A stretch of DNA of 64,000 nucleotides from Aurantimicrobium sp. (lineage in GTDB: Bacteria; Actinomycetota; Actinomycetes; Actinomycetales; Microbacteriaceae), in assembly GCA_024644865.1 (NCBI GenBank), contig JAHEGZ010000007.1, positions 19,677 through 83,676 on the forward strand, read 5' to 3'. Positions 56,808-64,000 of the stretch are shown in pieces. Positions within the stretch are counted from its first letter, which is position 1; each line of letters starts with the position of its first letter. The notes beneath the pieces were generated by a model. That model searched no databases. It saw only the letters and a list, made by a program, of their open reading frames with translations, and was not told where the DNA came from. A program made the translations under genes and the position numbers.

Positions 56808-57749
56808 CTAGACCGGGGGTGCGACGAACAGCCCACGATCGACGTCATTGAATGATTCTCGAGCGATGAGCTCGGTGAACTCGTTGGCCGTGCCCCACTG
56901 GTCTTGGGTGGTGACCTTGGTCACATCCAGCACGCTCGGGTGCCACGCGTCTTCGTCTTCAATAACAGCCAGCTCGGTGGTGTACTCCACAGTGTTGCGA
57001 GCCGGTGAGAGAAAGTATGCAAACGTGTTGTCGCCGGCATTGTGACGGCCCGGGCCCCACACCATGCGAGTGCCACTGCGCAGAATCTTCCCGCAGCCGC
57101 GCATCCACTCTTCAACACCACGCATCTCAAAGGACATGTGGTGCAGTGATGCATGCGGACCCTGAGCGATGGCCATTGAGTGGTGAGCCGGATTGCAACG
57201 CAGGAAGTGCATGATCGGGCCCATGTGCGGGTGAGCAAGAGTGTCGCTGATGGCAAAGTCAAGGTGCTCGATGTACCAGTTGGTGGTGGCTTCGAGGTTG
57301 GTGGTGTTGAAAACGATGTGTGAGAGCTTGACCGGAATCGGCTCACGCTCGGCAACCGGACGACTCTTGCGCAGATCCACATCGGCCGAAACCTCAACCG
57401 TGCGACCGTCGTGATCGAAGAAACGAACACCGTAGCCGCCACCGAACTGGGTGAGCTCCTGAGGGCCGTGCACGAACTTCACACCCTGAGCACTCAAGCG
57501 CTCGTATAGTGCGTCGACATCGGCACGGGATGCAGCACCCCACGCCGCCACATCAATTCGCTTCTCACCCTTGCGCAGGCGCACGACGTACGGCTCGGGC
57601 GAGCCCTCAGCGGCCAGGTAGGCGGTGTCGCCGTCGCGGTGCACCTCGGTGAGCCCCCAGTTCTTCGAGAAGAAAGCAAGCTCCGTGTCGAAATCTTCGA
57701 CTGCGAGGGCGAGGTAACGCAGGTGTGTCAGCTGGCGCTGGGTCATCAT
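56808..57749 (-). CDS. two-domain VOC-superfamily extradiol ring-cleavage dioxygenase
   Basis: Two glyoxalase/VOC modules (LRYLALAVEDFD..., LSHIVFNTTNLEATTNWY...) and a His-rich active-site region (HHSMAIAQGPHASLHHMSFE). A start at 57749 is preferred over 57812. Confidence 0.8.
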   Translation of the reverse strand: MMTQRQLTHLRYLALAVEDFDTELAFFSKNWGLTEVHRDGDTAYLAAEGSPEPYVVRLRKGEKRIDVAAWGAASRADVDALYERLSAQGVKFVHGPQELTQFGGGYGVRFFDHDGRTVEVSADVDLRKSRPVAEREPIPVKLSHIVFNTTNLEATTNWYIEHLDFAISDTLAHPHMGPIMHFLRCNPAHHSMAIAQGPHASLHHMSFEMRGVEEWMRGCGKILRSGTRMVWGPGRHNAGDNTFAYFLSPARNTVEYTTELAVIEDEDAWHPSVLDVTKVTTQDQWGTANEFTELIARESFNDVDRGLFVAPPV

Positions 57750-57842
57750 TGAACTCCTTGGATGCGTGCACGACTGTGCGAAGGTCTCGTTCGAGAATAT
57801 GCGCGTAACCACGACCCGGGTATAGCCCGGAGTGAATAGTAA

Positions 57843-59069
57843 CTATCGCGCCGAGACAGTGTTTGCGCGTCGACCCGAAAATCGTCCAAAAATAACTGCC
57901 GTTACGACACAGGCGGACGAAAGCCCCGCGACGATGGCCAGCGAAACCAGCGCGTTTGAACTCACCAAACCGACGCAGGTTGCCGCCACGGCCGCCACAA
58001 GGAATTGCACGCTTCCCATCAACGCCAAGGCGGTGCCACTGGCAAAGCGAACCTCAGTCATCGCCAAGGCAGTTGCCGGTCCAAAAAAGAACCCCATCGC
58101 CGTCGCCAAGACAAACATGGCCGGCAAGACCGTGAATACGGAGACTGCATTGGTGAACAGAATGACCGCGAGGACGACAATGGCGACGACCTGCATGACG
58201 ACGCCAACGAGGAGGATGGCTCGAGGCGCGACTCGTTTTGCCAGTTGCGCGCTCAGAAAGCTGGTCACGATGATGCCCGTTCCGTTGACGGCAAAGACGG
58301 AAGCATATGTACCGGATGACAGATGAAGATTTGTTTGCACGATGAATGACGACGACGAGATGTACGCAAAGAGACACCCGAACGCGCACCACAAAACGAC
58401 CGCGTTCGTGAGGTAAGCACGGTTCGTCAGAATGAGCCGCGCATTTCTCAGGGTCGTCTTCAGCCCGCCTCCGTGACGAGATTCCCGAGGCAGGGATTCG
58501 GGCACGAATGCCGCAATCAAAATCGTTGCAACGGTTGCAAAAACCGCGAGTCCGACGAAAATGGTGCGCCAACCGCCCAGCCCCAGAAGGAGAGTGCCGC
58601 CTATTGGCCCGATGATGGGCCCGATGCTCACCGTCATTCCGAGAATCGAAAATGGTCGAGTCGCCCCAACGCCCGCCGTGAGATCAGCCACCACTGCCCG
58701 CCCGTTAACGATGCCGGAAGCGGCAGTGAGCCCCATCACAAAACACAGAATGATCAACACGTTGGCATTAGGAGCAACGGAAGCAAAGACCGATGCCAGC
58801 GCGACGAGAATTCCTCCACAGAGAAGAACACCCCTCCGGCCAAATCTGTCCGACAGCGATCCGAGAACGAGTTGGCCAAGCGCCATCCCGAGGGTGAAGG
58901 CCGAAAGCGTGATTTCGATGTGCGCCGGCGCTACGTTCAGGTCGGCCGCCATGCCGGGAAGAGCCGGCAGGTAGGCGTCCGTGCCGAACGGACCGAGCAT
59001 CCCCATGAATCCGAGAGCAAAAAGCATCACTCCTGAGAGTGCGAGTGGTCGTGGCGCGGTCATAGGCAC
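57843..59069 (-). CDS. MFS transporter (Bcr/CflA drug-resistance type)
   Basis: 12 predicted TM helices and MFS motif A (GSLSDRFGRRGVLL). Confidence 0.9.
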   Translation of the reverse strand: MPMTAPRPLALSGVMLFALGFMGMLGPFGTDAYLPALPGMAADLNVAPAHIEITLSAFTLGMALGQLVLGSLSDRFGRRGVLLCGGILVALASVFASVAPNANVLIILCFVMGLTAASGIVNGRAVVADLTAGVGATRPFSILGMTVSIGPIIGPIGGTLLLGLGGWRTIFVGLAVFATVATILIAAFVPESLPRESRHGGGLKTTLRNARLILTNRAYLTNAVVLWCAFGCLFAYISSSSFIVQTNLHLSSGTYASVFAVNGTGIIVTSFLSAQLAKRVAPRAILLVGVVMQVVAIVVLAVILFTNAVSVFTVLPAMFVLATAMGFFFGPATALAMTEVRFASGTALALMGSVQFLVAAVAATCVGLVSSNALVSLAIVAGLSSACVVTAVIFGRFSGRRANTVSAR

Positions 59070-59103
59070 AGCATAGGGACAGGGGTGTTGTTAAGCTGGC
59101 GAC

Positions 59104-60012
59104 ATGGCTTTTGCCGGAAAAGACTTGAATCTGCTGGTCGCCCTGCGCGCATTGCTCGAAGAAGAGAACGTGACCCGCGCCGGCGATCGCATTGCGATGG
59201 GTCAATCGTCGATGAGCACAGCACTTTCGCGCCTGCGAACTCAGTTTGGCGACGAGCTCCTGGTGCGCGTTGGTCGCGATTACGAGCTCACTCCGATGGC
59301 AAAAATGTTGCTGCCCCAGGTTCAGCTCGCGATTCCCCTCATCGAAAAAGCGCTCGGCAGTGGTGGGCCTTTCGAGCCAGCAACGACCACTCGACAATTC
59401 ACCATGATGATGTCGGATTTCGCCTCTCTGGAGATGACACCGGCCTTTGAAAAAGCCCTCGCAATCGCCCCGGGCATCGAGATCAACGTCATTCCACTCC
59501 CGGCAAACCCCACGGACAGTGCTCGGGACATGCTCAAGCACGATTTCATTCTTGCCGTTCCGGGAATTGGGATCGACGGCGAACACGTCGAGCTCTTTAC
59601 CGACCGCTACGTGTGCTTGGTCGACCCCGACAACTCAGCACTCGTCAATAACACGTTGAGCTGGGATGCCTTTACCGAACTCCCTCAGGCAGTCCACGAT
59701 TTTGGGCAGGCTCACCTGACCCCTGCCGATCGCAAGCTGCGCGAATTGGGCTTCACTCGCGCAGCGCACGTCAAAGCATCCAGTTTCATGCCCCTTCCGG
59801 CAATCGTTGCCGGCACCGACATGGTGGCGGTTGTCCCCAAGCGCCTTGCCGACCGACTTGGTCCGGCCACTGGCACCATCGGCGTTGAGGCACCGTTTGG
59901 TGAAGTGCCGATCATCGAGACCCTCTACTGGCACCCGGTACACAACTCTGACCCAGCTCACGTCTGGATGCGCAATCACCTGATCGAGCACGCTGGCAGG
60001 TCAGCACAGTAG
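59104..60012 (+). CDS. LysR-family transcriptional regulator
   Basis: LNLLVALRALLEEENVTRAGDRIAMGQSSMSTALSRLR is the HTH. The gene is divergent from the MFS gene with a 34-bp spacer. Confidence 0.9.
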   Translation: MAFAGKDLNLLVALRALLEEENVTRAGDRIAMGQSSMSTALSRLRTQFGDELLVRVGRDYELTPMAKMLLPQVQLAIPLIEKALGSGGPFEPATTTRQFTMMMSDFASLEMTPAFEKALAIAPGIEINVIPLPANPTDSARDMLKHDFILAVPGIGIDGEHVELFTDRYVCLVDPDNSALVNNTLSWDAFTELPQAVHDFGQAHLTPADRKLRELGFTRAAHVKASSFMPLPAIVAGTDMVAVVPKRLADRLGPATGTIGVEAPFGEVPIIETLYWHPVHNSDPAHVWMRNHLIEHAGRSAQ

Positions 60013-60134
60013 CGTCCAGGGGCACTATGTGCTTGGCACATAGTTGTTATTGCCTCGGGTGACTTCCCCGCGCCTGTGCCGAGTCATAGCGTTACTGCAG
60101 ACACGCAAAGTTGCGCGATTGGAGAGCTGCTCAA

Positions 60135-61259
60135 ATGACTGTCAAGAATGTGCTCGTTGTCGGTGGCGGCATCACCGGGACCGTGGCGGCCGTTGCCCTC
60201 GCCCAAAAAGGCGTCAAGGTCACGCTCGTCGAGATTTCACCCCAGTGGTTTGGTGTCGGCCACGGCATCACCGTTCAGGGCAATGCACTTCGCGTTTTCC
60301 AGCAGATCGGGGCACTCGACGGCATGCTCGAGCACGGTCTCGGCTTCGACAACCTCACTCTCTTCCACGCAGACGGCCATGTCATCAATGCGATGGATGC
60401 CCCCAAGATGGGTGGGCCCGACCTGCCCTCGACCATGGGCGCTCTACGATCCGACCTGCAGACTGTGTTGGTCGACATGATTCACGACCTCGGCGTCGAG
60501 GTTCGCCTGGGCACGTCGATGGAGAAGTTCGAGAACAAGGCCGACTCAGTTGACGTGACTTTCAATGACGGCCGTGTCGAGAACTTCGATTTGGTCATTG
60601 CAGCCGACGGCATTAAGTCCAAAACCCGCAAGATGCTCGGCAGCAAGCACGACAAGAAGCAAACGGGCCTGGGAATTTGGCGCGTTGTCACCAAGCGCAC
60701 CCCCGACATGACTTGCTCGGCCGTGTGCTACTTCGGTGACGAATACAAGGCTGGCTACACGCCCATCTCGGAAGACCTCTGCTACGCGTACGTGCTGACC
60801 AAGCCTGAGCGCCCCGACAACGGCCTGTCTGACGCTCAAGAGATGAAGCGACTACTGTCGAGCTACCACGGTCACTTCGATTTCATTCGAGAGAACATCC
60901 GAGAAGACGACTTCATGAACTTTCAACCGATCGAGTGGCTGTTCATCGATGACGAGCCCTGGCACCAGGGCCGCGTCATTGCCATCGGTGACGCCGTTCA
61001 CGCCTGCCCGCCGCTCATCGCTCAGGGAGCAGCCCAGTGCTCGGAAGACGCCTATGTGCTCGTTGACTACATCACCCGCGAGGGCGACATGGAGCAGCTA
61101 CTGACTGAGTACACCAAGGTGCGCAAGGAGCGCGTCAAGATCGTGGTGGATGCATCACTGCAGCTTGTCGAGTGGGAAATCCACCCCGAGACCCCGGGCG
61201 CAAACCCGGGAATGCTTATGGGCCAGGCAATGGGTGCGCTGACCGCACCCGCGTTCTAA
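60135..61259 (+). CDS. group-A FAD-dependent aromatic monooxygenase
   Basis: VLVVGGGITGTVAAVAL (GxGxxG), LVIAADGIKSKTR (DG motif) and AIGDAVHACPPLIAQGAAQCSEDA (GD motif). Confidence 0.85.
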   Translation: MTVKNVLVVGGGITGTVAAVALAQKGVKVTLVEISPQWFGVGHGITVQGNALRVFQQIGALDGMLEHGLGFDNLTLFHADGHVINAMDAPKMGGPDLPSTMGALRSDLQTVLVDMIHDLGVEVRLGTSMEKFENKADSVDVTFNDGRVENFDLVIAADGIKSKTRKMLGSKHDKKQTGLGIWRVVTKRTPDMTCSAVCYFGDEYKAGYTPISEDLCYAYVLTKPERPDNGLSDAQEMKRLLSSYHGHFDFIRENIREDDFMNFQPIEWLFIDDEPWHQGRVIAIGDAVHACPPLIAQGAAQCSEDAYVLVDYITREGDMEQLLTEYTKVRKERVKIVVDASLQLVEWEIHPETPGANPGMLMGQAMGALTAPAF

Positions 61260-61267
61260 GGATCACC

Positions 61268-61825
61268 ATGACTGCGGAAATGCCCTCGGGCAATGTGCCT
61301 CGCCGTGTCGTGACCGGTCACGACGAGAACGGCGTGTCAATCGTTCTCTCCGACGGCATAGTTCCCGTTCACCGGGTGATGCCGCAAGACGGCGTTGGGT
61401 TCTACGAGATATGGAACACCGAGGGTGCACCCGCGCCGGTTTCTCGCGTTGAGCCGAACGAGCCCACCGAACGCACTTTGCGTGTGCCCCCGCCGGAAAA
61501 GGGCACCAAGATTCGCATCAACGAGTTCTTTCCGGGGTTCATCAACGAGCTCGGCAACCAGTCGCCGATTCACCGCACCGAATCCATTGACTACGGAATC
61601 GTGCTCGAGGGTGAGATTTTTCTGGTCCTCGATGACAGCGAAGTACTGCTCAAGGCTGGCGATGTTGTCGTGCAGCGCGGCACCGACCACGCCTGGGCAA
61701 ACCGTAGCGACAAGGTTTGTCGCGTTGCGTTCATCTTGGTCGATGGCGAGTTCACCCAAGACCTGCTCGAGGTGCTACCCGACGACGTGCAGAACAAGCT
61801 CATGCACAACGGACCGCACGACTGA
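61268..61825 (+). CDS. cupin-domain protein
   Basis: IDYGIVLEGEIFLVLDD...LKAGDVVVQRGTDHAWAN is a cupin beta-barrel motif. A start at 61268 is preferred over the longer ORF, which overlaps the preceding gene. Confidence 0.7.
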   Translation: MTAEMPSGNVPRRVVTGHDENGVSIVLSDGIVPVHRVMPQDGVGFYEIWNTEGAPAPVSRVEPNEPTERTLRVPPPEKGTKIRINEFFPGFINELGNQSPIHRTESIDYGIVLEGEIFLVLDDSEVLLKAGDVVVQRGTDHAWANRSDKVCRVAFILVDGEFTQDLLEVLPDDVQNKLMHNGPHD

Positions 61826-62244
61826 TGAGCATGCACTTTGACCACGTTGGTCTCAACGTGGCCGACATCGAGGCTCAGGCGTCTTGGTACGAAAAGGCGT
61901 TTGGGCTGCACCGCACACATCCGTTCACTGTTCCCCCGATTGAGATGACCGGAATCTTCTTGATTGACGGTCACGGGATCGCCATCGAGCTCGTTCACCG
62001 ACCGAACAACTTCGCCGGCATGGATGCGCCCAACCCGGCGGTTGCCGCCCTGACCCGCGGATGGGGTCACCTCTGCTTGCGCGTTGACCATGTGGATGCG
62101 CTCTACGAGCACCTGCTCTCAGTCGGCGCCGAAAGCGCCATGGCTCCGCAGGACTCTCCCGAGCCCGGCGTGCGGTTTGCCTGGGTGCGCGACCCCGAGG
62201 GCAACCTCATCGAGTTCCACGATCGAAAGACTCCAGTGATCTAA
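61825..62244 (+). CDS. VOC / glyoxalase-family protein
   Basis: MSMHFDHVGLNVADIEAQASWYEKAFGL...GHLCLRVDHVDALYEHL...DPEGNLIEFH. The ATG shares a nucleotide with the upstream stop. Confidence 0.8.
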   Translation: MSMHFDHVGLNVADIEAQASWYEKAFGLHRTHPFTVPPIEMTGIFLIDGHGIAIELVHRPNNFAGMDAPNPAVAALTRGWGHLCLRVDHVDALYEHLLSVGAESAMAPQDSPEPGVRFAWVRDPEGNLIEFHDRKTPVI

Positions 62245-63059
62245 TGGCCGCGAAATCCGCCCCCCTCACCCTGCCTGGCCTTGCCGGGAAGATTGTTGTC
62301 ATCACGGGTGCTGCCCGCGGTCAGGGATGCGCCGAGGCGCTCGTTCTCTTGGCCTCTGGAGCCCATGTCATTGCCACCGACCTCAATGATGCCTGCCCAT
62401 CCACGCTCGAAAAGGCAGCCGCCAAGCTGCCCGGTGAACTGCACTACGCACAACTTGATGTCACCAGCGAAGCCGACTGGAGCGCCCTGGCCCAGTTCCT
62501 CAAAAAGGAGTTCAAGCAGGTACACGGACTGGTCAACAATGCCGGCATCCCCTTCCGCGGTCGCATTGGCGAAATCTCGCGTGTCGACTGGGACAAAGTG
62601 TTCTCGATCAACGTCACCGGTGCCATGCTCGGCATTCAGGCGATTGCGCCGCTGATGCGCAAAGGCGCATCCATCGTCAACATCGGTTCGTCTGCCGGAC
62701 TGAACGCTCACCACACCGTTGCCTACACGGCGAGCAAATGGGCGGTGCGCGGATTGACACACGTAACCGCGACCGAGTTTGGACCCCGAGGCATTCGCAC
62801 CAACATCGTGCACCCCGGCTACATCGAAACCGAGATGATGGCCGCCGCACCGGCGATCATGACGGATGCCCAACTCACGCTCACACCTCTCGAGCGCACG
62901 GGTCAACCCGAAGAGGTTGCCGCGGTGGTTGCCTTCTTGCTGAGCGATTCGGCGGCCTACGTCAATGGAGCCGAGATACCCGTCGACGGCGGATTCACCT
63001 CCTCAGCCGGAGTCAAGTACATGTCCGACATCATCAAAGCCTCCCAGCAAAAGAAGTAA
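62244..63059 (+). CDS. short-chain dehydrogenase/reductase (classical)
   Basis: VVITGAARGQGCAEA, NNAG, NIGSSAG, and AYTASKWAVRGLT (YxxxK). Confidence 0.9.
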   Translation: MAAKSAPLTLPGLAGKIVVITGAARGQGCAEALVLLASGAHVIATDLNDACPSTLEKAAAKLPGELHYAQLDVTSEADWSALAQFLKKEFKQVHGLVNNAGIPFRGRIGEISRVDWDKVFSINVTGAMLGIQAIAPLMRKGASIVNIGSSAGLNAHHTVAYTASKWAVRGLTHVTATEFGPRGIRTNIVHPGYIETEMMAAAPAIMTDAQLTLTPLERTGQPEEVAAVVAFLLSDSAAYVNGAEIPVDGGFTSSAGVKYMSDIIKASQQKK

Positions 63060-63069
63060 GGATCTCTCC

Positions 63070-64000
63070 ATGTTTATGTACTTCCCGACCAACTACGTAT
63101 GGAGTCTGTCGGTCGTTGCGACCCTCAATAACGGCGGCCTCATCGACGAAGTTGACCGTGCCTGCCGCCCGGTTCTCGAGGCATCACAGAATGGTGATGA
63201 CGCCGGCACGGAAGAGCTGTACGCAGCCTGGAAGGCCGTCGCCGACCGCCTGATCGCTTCGGCCGAAGACGACGAAAAGCGCGGTCGCCTGATTGGGGCA
63301 GGCGACAAGTTCTACCGCTCGAGCCTCTACGTCTCGCAGGCCGAGCGCCTGCAGTCGCCCAAGTGGGCCGGTCGGAACGCTGCTTACCAGCAGAGCATCG
63401 ACCTGCTGCTCAAGCACGTAGAACTCAGCGGGATTCCGCTGACCAAGATTGACATTCCATACGAGGGAACGCACCTGCCGGCCTACTACTACCGGGCGGA
63501 AAGCCTCGACGGCAAGCCAACTCCCGTTGTCATTCAGCTCAACGGCCTCGACTCCACCAAAGAGATGATGTACTACTCGGGCTTCCCACAAATGCTCGCC
63601 CGTCGCGGCATCTCGACCATCATGGTCGACCATGGTGGTACCGGGGAGGCGCTCCGCCTGCGCAACATCAAGGCTCGCGTCGACACCGAGGCATTCATCT
63701 CGCCCATCATCGATTGGGTCGAAAATCAGACTGAGCTCGCCCGGGACAAGGTGGGTGTCGTCGGTTGGTCGCTTGGTGGCTACTACGCACCGCGCACGGC
63801 AGCCTTCGAAAAGCGCGTCAAGCTTGCGGTTGCGTGGGGTGCCAACCACAACTGGGCTGAGGTTCAGCAGGGGCGACGCAATCGCGAGGGAGAAAACCCC
63901 GTACCGCACTACTGGGACCACGTCTTCTGGGTCTGGGGCGTCGACAACATTGATGACTTTATGGAGGTCACCAAAGACATGCACCTCAACGGTGTCGTCG
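63070..64000 (+). CDS. alpha/beta hydrolase with N-terminal helical domain (C-C hydrolase/FrsA-like); 3' end beyond the window
   Basis: Open-ended ORF not in the track. My translation from ATG 63070 reads MFMYFPTNYVWSLSVVATLNNGG...PVVIQLNGLDSTKEMMYY...VGVVGWSLGGYYAPR, where GWSLGG is a G-x-S-x-G nucleophile elbow at about residue 235. Confidence 0.7.
   Translation, partial: MFMYFPTNYVWSLSVVATLNNGGLIDEVDRACRPVLEASQNGDDAGTEELYAAWKAVADRLIASAEDDEKRGRLIGAGDKFYRSSLYVSQAERLQSPKWAGRNAAYQQSIDLLLKHVELSGIPLTKIDIPYEGTHLPAYYYRAESLDGKPTPVVIQLNGLDSTKEMMYYSGFPQMLARRGISTIMVDHGGTGEALRLRNIKARVDTEAFISPIIDWVENQTELARDKVGVVGWSLGGYYAPRTAAFEKRVKLAVAWGANHNWAEVQQGRRNREGENPVPHYWDHVFWVWGVDNIDDFMEVTKDMHLNGVV

Overview
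High-GC actinobacterial chromosome segment, Microbacteriaceae-like judging from the RecA, FtsK and SMC sequences and the gene order. It is almost fully coding, with about 69 protein genes. I found no rRNA, tRNA, CRISPR array, transposase or integrase. The conserved backbone is hflX, then dapF-miaA-miaB-recX-recA-DUF3046-clgR-cinA-pgsA-ftsK, then rnj-dapA-ffh-ftsY-smc, all on the minus strand. Three accessory blocks interrupt or follow it. (1) 789-9792 lies between hflX and dapF. It holds an orphan ORF with a decoy-SD/anti-SD/SD leader, a DUF2510 membrane protein, a methyltransferase, an XRE regulator facing a 521-aa all-TPR protein, an HtpX-type M48 protease, and a translationally coupled 4-gene operon. 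That operon encodes a helical cytoplasmic protein, a 4-TM coiled-coil membrane protein, a lipoprotein with an OmpA-like domain, and a membrane-anchored trypsin-like protease. It matches no system I know and is my best candidate for an undescribed envelope-associated module. (2) 20333-28274 lies between ftsK and rnj. It is a LacI-regulated sugar ABC transporter with two tandem GH13 alpha-glucosidase paralogs. (3) 37418-64000 is an aromatic-catabolism supercluster. It contains a complete, tightly packed pobA plus ligKUJIABC protocatechuate 4,5-cleavage pathway with three IclR regulators. It also contains two further operons of unknown substrate, at 49650-57749 and 57843-64000. Everything rests on reading the translations and the DNA by eye. 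No database search was run, so all family calls are motif-level recognitions.
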